NCBI GenBank assembly: GCA_034399355.1
Contig: JAXMMT010000032.1
Span: 3,593-67,592 of the forward strand
Origin: Coriobacteriia bacterium
GTDB lineage: Bacteria > Actinomycetota > Coriobacteriia > Anaerosomatales > Anaerosomataceae
Reading direction: 5' to 3'
DNA length: 64,000 nt
Shown: piece by piece, positions 27,485-37,583 of the stretch
How positions within the stretch are numbered: the stretch's first letter is position 1
How the letters are laid out: each line of letters opens with the position of its first letter
Notes under the pieces: model-generated
What the model saw: the letters and a program-made list of their open reading frames with translations, nothing else
What the model was told of the DNA's origin: nothing
Database searches by the model: none
Translations under genes and position numbers: made by a program

Positions 27485-28386
27485 TCTGGCCTCGGCACTA
27501 TCACTTCGATGCCACCAGGGATGATCGACACATCGTAGTGGTCGTTGAGTAGCACCTCTCCGTCCACTTGTCCGGCGACCAGGGTGTCGGACCAGAGTTC
27601 GACGCGCGCATAACGCTCCATGTGAACCATCGACATCCATTCATGCTTGCCCGCGACGACGAAGGGTAGGCGCCAGAGCGCCGATGGCAAGGAGATCTTG
27701 TCGATGACACACATGTCCAGCAGGCCGTCGTCATCGACCGCTTTCGGAGTGATGAAGAAGCCGCCACCGTATGTGGGGCCGTTGGTCATGGCGACGATGA
27801 GGACGTCACGCTCCGTCACGGGGCCGTCGTCCAGCTTCATTCGGATGGGGTGCGAGTAGAACTGGCGGAGTAGCACGAACATGAGCGCCCGGAAGTACAA
27901 GGGGAAGCCCGACCAGCCGGTCGTCACCTTGAGCTCCACCGCTTTTGCCGTCACGCGTGCGTCGAGTCCGATTGCGAGTGAGTTGGCGAAGTAAATGCCG
28001 TTGCACAGCCCGACATCGACGCGCTTACGCTCGCCGGAAAGCACTTGTCGGACTGCTGTCGCAAGGTCTTTAGAGATACCCAGCGTCCGGCGCCAGTCGT
28101 TGCCCGAGCCCGTTGGAAAGAGTGACATCGCCGGGCGGTCGGCCTCAGGGCGCGCCATGAGGCCATTGAGGATCTCATGAGCCGTGCCGTCACCGCCGAC
28201 AGCGATGATCGCGTCGAATCCCGTCGCATCTCTTGCGAGTTCAGCGGCGTGGCCCGGTCTCTCGGTGAGCACTGTTTCATGCGGGACCGTGGTCTCCAGG
28301 AGTTTCTCGATCACGGGAATGAGCGGCGCGGTCTCACCGTGACGCGCAGTAGGATTGATGATGACAAGCGTTTTGCCGAATGCCAT
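27481..28386 (-). CDS. diacylglycerol kinase family lipid kinase (second paralog)
   Basis: LVIINPTARHG, IIAVGGDGTAHEILNGL and PTGSGNDW motifs. Start at ATG 28386. Confidence 0.8.
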   Translation of the reverse strand: MAFGKTLVIINPTARHGETAPLIPVIEKLLETTVPHETVLTERPGHAAELARDATGFDAIIAVGGDGTAHEILNGLMARPEADRPAMSLFPTGSGNDWRRTLGISKDLATAVRQVLSGERKRVDVGLCNGIYFANSLAIGLDARVTAKAVELKVTTGWSGFPLYFRALMFVLLRQFYSHPIRMKLDDGPVTERDVLIVAMTNGPTYGGGFFITPKAVDDDGLLDMCVIDKISLPSALWRLPFVVAGKHEWMSMVHMERYARVELWSDTLVAGQVDGEVLLNDHYDVSIIPGGIEVIVPRPE

Positions 28387-28531
28387 GGGGCCTCCTCGAT
28401 CCTGTTGGACCGGCCAGGGTGAAAGCTCCACTGCCCGTGGTGACGCATCGTGACTCCCAGAATAGCCGTCGGCGTTCGGGTTGGAAACAGGTCTGCGCTA
28501 TGCTACTGTTCTCGGGCGACGAGCGCCGCAT

Positions 28532-28607
28532 GCCCTCGTAGCTCAGCGGATAGAGCGTCTGCCTCCGGAGCAGAAGGCCACAGGTTCGAGTCCTGTCGAG
28601 GGCGCCA
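28532..28607 (+). tRNA. tRNA-Arg (anticodon CCG)
   Basis: 76-nt cloverleaf. Acceptor GCCCTCG/CGAGGGC, D-arm GCTC-AGCGGATA-GAGC, anticodon stem TCTGC/GCAGA with loop CTCCGGA, T-arm ACAGG-TTCGAGT-CCTGT, encoded CCA. Confidence 0.9.
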
Positions 28608-28619
28608 TTCCGGATACGG

Positions 28620-28653
28620 CGAAGGCCCGATCACCACGATCGGGCCTTCGTTT
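28620..28653. terminator. hairpin terminator after tRNA-Arg, shared with the convergent EF-G-like gene
   Basis: 13-bp perfect stem CGAAGGCCCGATC / GATCGGGCCTTCG with a 5-nt loop, then TTT. Confidence 0.7.
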
Positions 28654-28672
28654 CGTGCAGGAGACACAGAGC

Positions 28673-30745
28673 CTAATGGCCTCCTGCTCGCTTCTTGTGG
28701 TACTCCTCGATGATCTTTTTCGCGAAGTCGCCGGGAACCTGCTCGTAGCTGTCTATCGAGATCGTGAAACTGCCGGTACCGCTGGTGATCGAGCGCAAGT
28801 GCGGCGAGTAGTGCACGACTTCGGCGTAGGGAACCTGAGCCTTGATCAGCTGTACTCCAGGTCGCGGAGCGTCCATGCCGAGGATGCGACCGCGAATCGA
28901 GGAGATGTCACCCATGACGGAGCCAGCATACTCATCAGGTACGGTGATCTCCAGCGTCGCGATGGGCTCCAGCAGAACCATATCCGCCTTCTCGGCGGCG
29001 GCCCTGAAGCCGATGCGGCCAGCCATCTTGAAGGCCATCTCGCTTGAGTCGACCGCGTGGTAGGAGCCGTCATACACTGCGACCTTCACGTCGACGACCG
29101 GATACCCCGCGAGTACACCATGGGTCATCGTGTCCTGTATGCCCTTGTCGACAGCCGGGATGAACTGGCGCGGAATACGGCCACCAACGATCTCATCGAT
29201 GAACTGGTACGCACCGCCGGGATTCGGTTCGAGACGAAGCCAGCAGTCACCGAACTGACCGCTGCCACCCGTCTGCTTCTTATGACGGCCCTGTGCGGTC
29301 GCTGTCTTGCGAACCGTTTCACGGTAGGGGATGCGAAGGTCTTCGAGTGCAGCCTCGACATGGAAGCGCTCATGCAGGCGCGACAGCACGACGTCGATCG
29401 CTGTGTCACCCATTGCCGAGAGGACAGTCTGGTGCGTCTCCTCATCGCGGCGCAGAACGAGTAGCGGGTCCTCGTCGACGATGCCCTTGAGCACCGTGCC
29501 GAGCTTGTCCTCGTCGGCTTTCGTCTTGGCAATGATTGCGACGGGGTAGAGCGGCTCAGGAACGGGCAGGGGGGTGAATGCCGTGTCTCCAGCCGCGGAC
29601 AACGTGTCGTTGGTGAGGGTGTCGTTCAGCTTGGCGAGGACGCCGATATCGCCGGCTGGTGCAGCGTCGATGCCGACGGTCTCCTTGCCAAGAGCTTTGA
29701 AGACGTGCGCGATGCGCTCCTTCTTGCCTGTGCGCGAGTTGATGAGCTCCGTGTTGGGCTTAAGCGTACCCGCCACGACTTTGACGAACGAAAGGCGGCC
29801 GACGTAAGGGTCGGACATGCTCTTGAAGACGAACAACGTGGTGGGACCGTCGACGCTGACATGTACCTCGCCACCGTCGGTGGTAGGCAGCGGGCCGTGC
29901 GCGGTCGGCTCGGGGAAGAACGAGACGATCTCATCCATGAGGTCGCGGATACCGATAAGTTCAGTCGCCGAGCCGATGAAGACAGGGACGAAGATGCTCT
30001 GGGCGATTGCCAGTCCGAGTAGGCGCTCGAGGTCGTCCTGTGTGAGTTGCTCTCCCTCGAGGTATTTCTCCATGAGCTCGTCGTCTGCCTCGGCCACGAG
30101 CTCGAGTAGTTTCTCGCGCCACTCCTCGGCCGCTTCCATGTAGTCGGCGGGGATGTCGATGACGCTCACTTTGTCTTCCTCACCATGCATGTAGGCTTTC
30201 ATGCGAATGATGTCGATGACGCCCTTGAAGTTCGGTTCTTTGCCGACGGGGATCTGAACGGCGCCGACGCGGTGTCCGAACGCCGCGTCAAGCGCGTTCA
30301 TGGCTGCATCGAAGTCGGCGTGTTCCTTGTCGAGGCGGTTGATGAAGACGGCGCGGGCGATGCCCATCTCGCCGGCGATGTCCCAGAGCCGCGCGGTCTG
30401 CACCTGTGGGCCAGCCACCGCGTCGACCACGAACAAGGCCATCTCGGAGGCTTCCATACCGGCGATAGCATCGCCGATGAAGTCGGCATATCCTGGGGTG
30501 TCGATGACGTTGACCTTGACGTCTTTGTGAATGAATGGAGCGAGTGAGAGGTTCACGGTCATCTTGCGCTTGATCTCCTCGCTGTCATAGTCCAATGAGG
30601 AGTGGCCATCATTGACGCTGCCAAGGCGCTTCGTTTCTCCGGCCATGTAGAGCATCGCCTCGGCAAGGGAAGTCTTCCCCGCGCCCCCATGGCCCACCAA
30701 CACGACGTTTCGGACCTTGTCGGTACTCGGCGCTCCCATGCGCAT
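28673..30745 (-). CDS. elongation factor G family GTPase (stand-alone EF-G paralog)
   Basis: 690 aa. G-domain motifs VGHGGAGKTS, DTPGYADF and NRLD, with EF-G domains II-V alignable by eye. Not located in a str operon context. Confidence 0.85.
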   Translation of the reverse strand: MRMGAPSTDKVRNVVLVGHGGAGKTSLAEAMLYMAGETKRLGSVNDGHSSLDYDSEEIKRKMTVNLSLAPFIHKDVKVNVIDTPGYADFIGDAIAGMEASEMALFVVDAVAGPQVQTARLWDIAGEMGIARAVFINRLDKEHADFDAAMNALDAAFGHRVGAVQIPVGKEPNFKGVIDIIRMKAYMHGEEDKVSVIDIPADYMEAAEEWREKLLELVAEADDELMEKYLEGEQLTQDDLERLLGLAIAQSIFVPVFIGSATELIGIRDLMDEIVSFFPEPTAHGPLPTTDGGEVHVSVDGPTTLFVFKSMSDPYVGRLSFVKVVAGTLKPNTELINSRTGKKERIAHVFKALGKETVGIDAAPAGDIGVLAKLNDTLTNDTLSAAGDTAFTPLPVPEPLYPVAIIAKTKADEDKLGTVLKGIVDEDPLLVLRRDEETHQTVLSAMGDTAIDVVLSRLHERFHVEAALEDLRIPYRETVRKTATAQGRHKKQTGGSGQFGDCWLRLEPNPGGAYQFIDEIVGGRIPRQFIPAVDKGIQDTMTHGVLAGYPVVDVKVAVYDGSYHAVDSSEMAFKMAGRIGFRAAAEKADMVLLEPIATLEITVPDEYAGSVMGDISSIRGRILGMDAPRPGVQLIKAQVPYAEVVHYSPHLRSITSGTGSFTISIDSYEQVPGDFAKKIIEEYHKKRAGGH

Positions 30746-30937
30746 CGCCTCCTGTGGCTTACAAGCTGACGACAGTAAATGACCGCGGTCGCCCTGGTCC
30801 GCCGTCCCGCGGTGGACCGCGCTGAGATCCCACGCGGTCCGAATGACACTACGAACGATTGTGACGCGAATAAACGCAAAGCAAACATAGCATATTGCTT
30901 CGTCGACGCACCGCCCAGGACGCGAGACGGATTCGGG

Positions 30938-30966
30938 TTACTCGGCGGTTGCCGCATTGGTAGAAT
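30938..30966 (+). promoter_or_regulatory. candidate sigma-70-type promoter for the cyclophilin gene
   Basis: TTACTC (30938-30943), 17-bp spacer, TAGAAT (30961-30966). Lies 45 bp before ATG 31011. Confidence 0.35.
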
Positions 30967-31010
30967 AGGTGAGACCATTGGCGGCCAGACAACTCCATGA
31001 GGAGGAGCCG

Positions 31011-31550
31011 ATGCACGTGTCCGAGATCGAACTCACGGGGTCTGAGACTGCCGTGATCACGACGTCAAAGGGAATCATTAGAATGGCGTTCTTCCCCGAT
31101 GTTGCCCCCAATACTGTTGCCTCGTTTGTCGAGTTGACGCGGGACGGCTTCTATGACGGTATCAAGTTCCACAGGGTCGAGCCCAACTTCGTCGTACAGG
31201 GCGGGGACCCGCTCACGAAGGCTTTGAGTTCGGAAGAGGTACGTGAGATCACTGGTCGCCAGAAGGCGCGAGTGCACTCGCCGTCCGATCCCGCACTCGG
31301 TTCGGGAGGTCCCGGATTCACCATTACTGCAGAGTTCAACGATCGCCCGCACCTCGAGGGCACGCTTGCAATGGCACGTTCGCAGCAGGCCGATTCAGCG
31401 GGTTCTCAGTTCTATATCTGTCTTGGCCCGCAACCGTTCCTCGACGGGCAGTACACTGTGTTCGGTGAGGTCACTGATGGCGTGGACGTCGTCCACGCCA
31501 TCGAGGTGGGGGACACGATCGAGTCCGTCGTCATCGAAGAGCGGCAGTAG
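31011..31550 (+). CDS. peptidyl-prolyl cis-trans isomerase, cyclophilin type
   Basis: FHRVEPNFVVQGGDP, GTLAMAR and SQFYICL motifs, with an internal insertion of about 30 aa. Start at ATG 31011 with a GAGGAGG RBS. Confidence 0.85.
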   Translation: MHVSEIELTGSETAVITTSKGIIRMAFFPDVAPNTVASFVELTRDGFYDGIKFHRVEPNFVVQGGDPLTKALSSEEVREITGRQKARVHSPSDPALGSGGPGFTITAEFNDRPHLEGTLAMARSQQADSAGSQFYICLGPQPFLDGQYTVFGEVTDGVDVVHAIEVGDTIESVVIEERQ

Positions 31551-31567
31551 CCGGGATAGGGGACGCT

Positions 31568-32833
31568 TTGGACGACGCAAAGTTCCAGCAGGGCGTAGAG
31601 GCGTACAAGGCCGGCGACTTCAGGGTTGCTGCGCGGGAGTTTCTCGGCGCCACGAATGGCAACGGTGACGGCCCGGCCTATCATCGGGCGGGGAACGCGC
31701 TCATGCGACTGAAGCGCTTCGATGACGCGGTCGCGGCTTACGCGAAAGCTCTCAACGACCAGGAGTATGATCGTCGGTCGTCGGTCCAAGTGAATATCGG
31801 CGCCGCGCTCGTGGCCACAGGGCGTCATGCGGATGCGGTGGACGCATACCGTGCGGCTCTCGACGATCCCGGATATGAGGCGCGCTACAAGGCGCAGCAG
31901 GGTATGGCGGGGGCGCTGTTCGAGATCGGGCGCCTAGAAGATGCGGCGGAGTCATATCGGCAAGCGGCGCTTAGCGACATGAACTCGGATCCTGGCAAGG
32001 CACTCAACAACCTGGGGCTCACATTCATGAAATTGGGGCGCCCGCAGGACGCCGTAGAGGCGTACCGGGCCGCCGTGGAAATGGAACGCTATGTGAGTCG
32101 CGGAAAGGCGTCCGCCAATCTCGGCATGGCTTACGTCGCGCTTGGCATGCACGAGAAGGCAGTTGGTGCGTTCGAGCGAGCGCGGGATGAGCTGGGCTAC
32201 GTTCTTCCCGATGCGGCCGTAGCGGCGTATGAAGCCGGCTTGGAAGCACTCGGAACCCCGGAGATCGTCGAGGGCTGGCGCACCGGGGAGTTGCCGCCGG
32301 TTGACATGGCGCCAAAACGGCATCGTTGCGAAGACTTCGAGGAGCCTGAGAGCGAGTTCTTCACGCGGAGCGAGACCGAGATGAAGATTGTGGATAAAGC
32401 GGCGCGCAAGCATGAGCGCACCGAGCGGCGTGGCGCCCGCAACGTCTGGGTGACCATCGCGATCTGGAGCGTAGTAGCCATCGTGGTCCTCGGTGGCCTC
32501 GCATATGTCTGGCTGAGCGGGCTAGGCTTTCCGACCCAGTCGATGACGGTGGGAGGTTTGCTCGATGCACATAGTGCGGGTGCGAGCGTCTCGGAGTTCT
32601 GGGTCGCTGTTCCCGCCGCAGATGTCGACAAGGAGATGGGCAACCTACCCGTCGACTTCACGTATGACATCGGAGCGATAGAGCGCTCGGCCAAGACCTC
32701 CAGGGTTGAAGTCACAATCATACTTGGGACTGGCGCACCGCTGACGTATCAGGTCCTCATGGTACGGGAGGGCGTCGGCTGGAAGGTGAACGGGATCACG
32801 AACGACTGGCGCTCCACCGGCGGTGGCTTCTAG
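31568..32833 (+). CDS. TPR-repeat protein with one TM helix and an extracytoplasmic C-terminal domain
   Basis: Repeated A-x-x-x-Y-x-x-A-L 34-aa units, and TM segment VWVTIAIWSVVAIVVLGGLAYVWL. TTG start. Confidence 0.65.
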   Translation: MDDAKFQQGVEAYKAGDFRVAAREFLGATNGNGDGPAYHRAGNALMRLKRFDDAVAAYAKALNDQEYDRRSSVQVNIGAALVATGRHADAVDAYRAALDDPGYEARYKAQQGMAGALFEIGRLEDAAESYRQAALSDMNSDPGKALNNLGLTFMKLGRPQDAVEAYRAAVEMERYVSRGKASANLGMAYVALGMHEKAVGAFERARDELGYVLPDAAVAAYEAGLEALGTPEIVEGWRTGELPPVDMAPKRHRCEDFEEPESEFFTRSETEMKIVDKAARKHERTERRGARNVWVTIAIWSVVAIVVLGGLAYVWLSGLGFPTQSMTVGGLLDAHSAGASVSEFWVAVPAADVDKEMGNLPVDFTYDIGAIERSAKTSRVEVTIILGTGAPLTYQVLMVREGVGWKVNGITNDWRSTGGGF

Positions 32834-32923
32834 CAACTGCGGGCAGGGATTGGGTTGCATGCGGCGAGACTTTGCTGCTATATGTCACAAAGTCATCTAG
32901 CCTCCCCATCGTAAGGAGACCGT

Positions 32924-33325
32924 GTGATTCAGCGGACGTACGTGATGATCAAGCCCGACGCCGTCGCGCGTGGCCTCGCTGGTCGCATCATCGCCCGGTT
33001 CGAGGCTGCAGGCCTCACCATCGAGCGCATGGAGCACGGCATAGTGACCCCCGAGCAGGCCGCGGCCAACTACGCGGAGCATGAGGGCAAGCCGTTTTAC
33101 GCCGGACTCGTGGAGTACATCACCTCCGGTCCCGTTGTGAAGGTGGTTCTATCTGGACCTTCTGCGGTCCCGGTAGTCCGCAAGCTTATGGGCGCGACCA
33201 ATCCCGCTGAGGCTGCCCCCGGCACCATTCGCGGTGACTACGGTCTGACGCTTGACGCGAACATCGTTCACGGTTCGGACTCGCCCGAGAGCGCCGAGCG
33301 GGAGATCACTATCTTCTTCAGCTAG
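32924..33325 (+). CDS. ndk: nucleoside-diphosphate kinase
   Basis: RTYVMIKPDAV, GATNPAEAAPGTIRGDY and the active-site NIVHGSD. Confidence 0.9.
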   Translation: MIQRTYVMIKPDAVARGLAGRIIARFEAAGLTIERMEHGIVTPEQAAANYAEHEGKPFYAGLVEYITSGPVVKVVLSGPSAVPVVRKLMGATNPAEAAPGTIRGDYGLTLDANIVHGSDSPESAEREITIFFS

Positions 33326-33430
33326 AGCCTGACGGTCTGTCGAGAAAGATGGGCGTTCGTGTCTGCAGGAAGAAGGGTCGCTTCGGCGAACTGCGTCTGA
33401 CTTAACGGGCTGACCTGGTGACAGGGGGTA

Positions 33431-34735
33431 GTGGACTTGGGAAAAGGTGCGTTCAAGGGAGGTACTCACCCGCCTGATCGCAAAGCGGCGACTGCGGGCA
33501 TGCCGGTCGTATGGGTGCCGGTGCCTGGGCGGCTGGTGCTACCGATGAGCCAGCATTTGGGCGCACCGTGCGCGCCGACGGTCGAGGTAGGACAGCGCGT
33601 TATGCGCGGCGAGGTAGTAGGGTCGGTGGACGCGTTCGTTAGCGCGCCGGTGCACAGTCCCGTCAGTGGAGAGGTCACTACAATCGGCTCCTGTCTCACC
33701 GCGGGTGGGACGCGTGTGACCGCGGTTACGATCGTGCCCGATCCCGAGCAGGACCTCGAGTCCTTCTTGCCGGTCACAGCCGATGATGCGCGTGCGCTCG
33801 TGCGAGCGGCAGGAATCGTCGGCATGGGTGGCGCTACGTTCCCTTCCACGGTGAAACTGACACCGCCCGCAGACACACCTGTCGCCACCGTGATTCTGAA
33901 CGGCTGCGAATGTGAACCTTTCCTGACCTGCGACCATCGGCTGATGCTAGAGATCCCCGAACGGGTGGTGGATGGTGCGCGCAAGATCGCCGAGATCGTT
34001 GGCGCGTCGCGTGCCATCATCTGTGTGGAAGACAACAAGCCGGATGCCGCGGAGGCCCTTCGCGGCGTTGCGGGAGAGGGTGTTGAGGTCCGAGCCCTGC
34101 CGACTCGCTATCCGCAGGGCGCCGAGAAGCAGCTCATCTGGGCGATGCTTCGCAAAGAAGTGCCTCACGGCAAACTGCCCGCCGTGACAGGCGCGCTTGT
34201 CCACAACGTCGCCACGGCAGCGGCTATCGCTGACGCCATCGACCATGGCAAGCCCCTGATGGAGCGCATTGTGACCGTCACGGGAGCTGTGGCGCGGCCC
34301 GGCAACTACCGCGTTCTGCTCGGCACGCTCGTATCAGACCTGCTGGAGTATGCCGGTGGAACCGTTGGGGAAGTCGGGCGGGTGATCGCGGGCGGACCGA
34401 TGACGGGACCCGCGCTCGCATCGCTTGATGTGCCGGTAGCCAAGGGTACCTCGGGAATCGTCGTCCTCGCGGCGGATGAGGCTGCCCCGCTGGTCGAAGA
34501 CGACCAGCCATGCATCCGCTGCGGCAGGTGCCCTGAAGCGTGTCCGATGTTTCTGCAGCCGTACACGATTGCGAACTACGCGGCGCGTGGTGACTGGAAT
34601 AGCGCGGACCGCTTCAGCCCGATCGACTGCATCGAGTGCGGGTGCTGTTCCTACGTGTGTCCCACGAATCGGCCGCTTGTCCAGCTGATTCGTCTGGCGA
34701 AAGCCGCTGCGATGGTGAGAGGGGTGAAGCCGTGA
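33431..34735 (+). CDS. rnfC: Rnf electron transport complex subunit C
   Basis: GMGGATFP NADH/FMN region and two 4Fe-4S motifs, CIRCGRCPEACP and CIECGCCSYVCP. Confidence 0.9.
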   Translation: MDLGKGAFKGGTHPPDRKAATAGMPVVWVPVPGRLVLPMSQHLGAPCAPTVEVGQRVMRGEVVGSVDAFVSAPVHSPVSGEVTTIGSCLTAGGTRVTAVTIVPDPEQDLESFLPVTADDARALVRAAGIVGMGGATFPSTVKLTPPADTPVATVILNGCECEPFLTCDHRLMLEIPERVVDGARKIAEIVGASRAIICVEDNKPDAAEALRGVAGEGVEVRALPTRYPQGAEKQLIWAMLRKEVPHGKLPAVTGALVHNVATAAAIADAIDHGKPLMERIVTVTGAVARPGNYRVLLGTLVSDLLEYAGGTVGEVGRVIAGGPMTGPALASLDVPVAKGTSGIVVLAADEAAPLVEDDQPCIRCGRCPEACPMFLQPYTIANYAARGDWNSADRFSPIDCIECGCCSYVCPTNRPLVQLIRLAKAAAMVRGVKP

Positions 34736-35739
34736 GTTCAGAGACGACACTGGAGCGTCGGGCGGTTGTCGCCCCATCGCCACACATCTCATCCACTGCT
34801 ACGTGCAGTGGAATCATGCTGTGGGTCGTAGTCGCGCTTGTGCCTGCCGCAGTGTGGGCGTGCATCAGCATGGGCGCTCCGGCGATTCGCATGTTTGCGC
34901 TGTCGATCGGTTCTGCACTCGGTACTGAGGCCGCATGGAACGCCATCGCGAGGAAGCCCCAGACACTCAAGGACGGCAGTGCGCTGGTGACCGGCGTCTT
35001 GCTCGCGATGAGCATGCCGCCGATGACGCCCTGGTGGATCACGGTCGCGGCAGGATTCATCGCTATCGCCCTGGCCAAGATGATCTTCGGTGGTCTCGGC
35101 TTCAACTTGTTCAACCCGGCTCTTGTGGGTCGCGCGTTCGTTCTCGTGTCGTGGGCTGGTGTGATGGCCTCGGCTCCGGGCCGGGGGTGGTTCAAGACGC
35201 TTGATATTGCGGCTACCGATGGGTACGACGCTATCACCGGCGCGACGCGACTCGCCGTCGCGGCCGCCGATCGGGCAGCCAGCGGAGCGTACGGATTCGA
35301 CCTTGCTTCCCACTATCAGCCGCTGCTTTGGCGCAACCTCGAAGGGTCGCTCGGCGAGGTCTCCGCGGCACTGCTGATTCTCGGCGGCCTCATACTGCTC
35401 GCCAAGGGCATCATCGACTGGCGCATCCCGGTGGGCTATATCGGATCGATGGGTCTTCTGTCCTGGGCGTTCGGCTCCGACCCGATCTTCAACGTACTTG
35501 CCGGCGGCGTGCTTCTCGGTGCCTTCTTCATGGCCACCGACTACGTGTCGTCTCCCATGACGAGGAACGGGCGTCTGGTGTACGGTGTCGGCTGTGGCGT
35601 GCTCAACGCGGTCGGCCGCTTCTACGGTTCAATGCCGGAGGCGACGACGTTCGCGATCCTGTTCATGAATGGTCTTGCGCCGCTGATCGACCGCATGTTC
35701 AGACCACGAGTCTTCGGGTGGGTGAAGCGCAATGGCTAA
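34732..35739 (+). CDS. rnfD: Rnf complex subunit D
   Basis: NqrB/RnfD-type polytopic membrane protein. GTG 34732 overlaps the rnfC stop (GTGA); the track N-terminal extension is rejected. Confidence 0.9.
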   Translation: MSSETTLERRAVVAPSPHISSTATCSGIMLWVVVALVPAAVWACISMGAPAIRMFALSIGSALGTEAAWNAIARKPQTLKDGSALVTGVLLAMSMPPMTPWWITVAAGFIAIALAKMIFGGLGFNLFNPALVGRAFVLVSWAGVMASAPGRGWFKTLDIAATDGYDAITGATRLAVAAADRAASGAYGFDLASHYQPLLWRNLEGSLGEVSAALLILGGLILLAKGIIDWRIPVGYIGSMGLLSWAFGSDPIFNVLAGGVLLGAFFMATDYVSSPMTRNGRLVYGVGCGVLNAVGRFYGSMPEATTFAILFMNGLAPLIDRMFRPRVFGWVKRNG

Positions 35740-36316
35740 GTCGCTCAGGCTTGTCATCGCCGTGGTCGTGACGTGCGTCGTTGCCGCAAGTGGTCTTGCT
35801 ATCACCTACGGAGTGACCAAGGACCGTATTGCCGAACAACAGCGTTTGGCCGAGGAGAAGTCGCTCAAGGCTGTGCTTCCTGACGCCGCCGAGTTCGTGG
35901 ATGCGGGTCCTGAGGTTCTGGAAGCCGCACGCGTCGCTGCAGGCGATGTGGACTGCTCCGCTGTCTATCGCGCCGAGTCCGCTGATGGCACGCTCGTCGG
36001 CTGGGGACTGCGGGTCGCAGGACGCGGCTACGGCGGCCCCATCCAGCTGGTTTTGGGATTGGATAGCACCGGTAAAGTCACAGGTGTCACTATCCTGACG
36101 ATGAACGAGACGCCGGGCCTCGGCACCAAGGTACAGAGCGAGGAGTGGTTCCTCGAGCAGTTTGAGGAGTTGCCGCTGGGCTTTGTCGCTGCTGATGTGA
36201 AGAAACTGGACTCTATCAGTGGTTCTACGAAGTCGTCGCGGGGTGTACGAAACGGCGTCGAGGCGGGCGGTCGCATCTATGCGGACGTCCTGTCCGGACT
36301 TGCAGGGGGTGAGTGA
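35732..36316 (+). CDS. rnfG: Rnf complex subunit G (FMN-binding)
   Basis: N-terminal TM helix and FMN_bind motif ISGSTKSSRGV. Confidence 0.85.
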   Translation: MAKSLRLVIAVVVTCVVAASGLAITYGVTKDRIAEQQRLAEEKSLKAVLPDAAEFVDAGPEVLEAARVAAGDVDCSAVYRAESADGTLVGWGLRVAGRGYGGPIQLVLGLDSTGKVTGVTILTMNETPGLGTKVQSEEWFLEQFEELPLGFVAADVKKLDSISGSTKSSRGVRNGVEAGGRIYADVLSGLAGGE

Positions 36317-36951
36317 CGGTGAGCGAGTGGATCAAGACATTCAAGCAGGGTCTCTCCATCGAGAACCCGCTCACGGTGCTTATGATCGGCCTGTGCGCCA
36401 CTTTGGCCGTGTCTACGCAGGTACAGGGTGCCCTGTTCATGGGACTGGCGGTCATCTTCGTATTGACGATGAGCAACGTCATCATCAGCGCATTCCGCAA
36501 GGTGATTCCCAACGAGGTGCGCATCCCGATCTTCATTGTCGTGATCGCTTCTTTCGTAACGATCGTCGACTTGACGATGAAGGCCTTCATGCCGGGGGTC
36601 TACCAGTTCCTCGGAATCTGGATTCCTCTCATTGTCGTGAACTGCGTGATCCTCGGTCGGGCTGAGGCGTTTGCGTACCACAACAAGGTAGGGTTGGCCG
36701 TCGCGGATGGTCTGGGGATGGGCATCGGCTATTGGTTTGTCATTCTGGTACTCGCCTTCATCCGGGAGCTGCTCGGCACTGGCAAGGTCGTCATGTTCGG
36801 CGCCACGCTTCTCGGACTGCCATCGGGATATGCACCTCCCGGGTTGGTGCTGCTGTTCCCCGGCGCGTTCTTCATCTTTGGCTTCATGATTGCGATCACC
36901 CGCGCGCTCAGTGAACGCCTCGCTAAGCGCAGGAAGGCGGTGTCGTTATGA
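36313..36951 (+). CDS. rnfE: Rnf complex subunit E
   Basis: RnfE/NqrD family membrane protein (NPLTVLMIGLC, LIVVNCVILGRAEAFA). Confidence 0.9.
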   Translation: MTVSEWIKTFKQGLSIENPLTVLMIGLCATLAVSTQVQGALFMGLAVIFVLTMSNVIISAFRKVIPNEVRIPIFIVVIASFVTIVDLTMKAFMPGVYQFLGIWIPLIVVNCVILGRAEAFAYHNKVGLAVADGLGMGIGYWFVILVLAFIRELLGTGKVVMFGATLLGLPSGYAPPGLVLLFPGAFFIFGFMIAITRALSERLAKRRKAVSL

Positions 36952-37574
36952 GCACGGTGGGCCAGCTCGCGCTGCTCTTCATTGGAGCCGCTCTCATCAA
37001 CAACATCCTGCTGACAAGGTTCATCGGCCTGTGCCCGTTCTTCGGTGTGTCAGGCAACTTCGAGACATCGCTCGGGATGAGCCTCGCTGTCGTGTTCGTC
37101 ATGACCCTGGCCTCGACAGCGACGTGGGTCGTCTGGACGTTCGCATTGGAGCCTCTCGGCGTGGGGGAGTTTCTCTACATCCCCGCATTCATTCTCATCA
37201 TCGCGTCGCTCGTGCAGTTCGTTGAGATGTACATGCGGAAGGCAAGTCCTGTGCTGTATCGAGCAATGGGAATCTATCTGCCGCTGATCACGACCAACTG
37301 TGCCGTGCTGGCCACAGCCACCGAGGCTGCGAAGCCCGGCTTCTTCAAGATGAACATCGATCTGGGTGCATCGCTTGGTCTAGGGGAAGCGCTCATCTAC
37401 ACGCTAGGAGTGTCTATCGGGTTCGGATTCGCGCTCCTCACATTCACTGCGCTTCGGGAGCGGCTCGAAATCGCACCCGTTCCGCGCGTCATGAAGGGTA
37501 ACCCGATGGCGTTCATCACGGCTGGACTACTCTCGCTCGCCTATGTCGGTATCGCCGGCTGGTTCGGGCTGTAA
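36948..37574 (+). CDS. rnfA: Rnf complex subunit A
   Basis: RnfA/NqrE family (NNILLTRFIGLCPFFGVS, LITTNCAVL). Confidence 0.9.
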   Translation: MSTVGQLALLFIGAALINNILLTRFIGLCPFFGVSGNFETSLGMSLAVVFVMTLASTATWVVWTFALEPLGVGEFLYIPAFILIIASLVQFVEMYMRKASPVLYRAMGIYLPLITTNCAVLATATEAAKPGFFKMNIDLGASLGLGEALIYTLGVSIGFGFALLTFTALRERLEIAPVPRVMKGNPMAFITAGLLSLAYVGIAGWFGL

Positions 37575-37583
37575 GGGGGAACT

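Noticed and set aside
2218-28386. Two DagK/YegS-type lipid kinase paralogs (2218..3138 and 27481..28386), one coupled to plsY.
   Set aside because: This is ordinary phospholipid-metabolism gene content, and duplication of this family is common. Nothing in the sequence is unusual.
28673-30745. EF-G paralog as a possible Tet(M)/Tet(O)-type ribosomal protection (resistance) gene.
   Set aside because: At 690 aa and with its domain layout, it fits EF-G-like housekeeping paralogs. There is no mobile or resistance context. Sequence inspection alone cannot support a resistance call.
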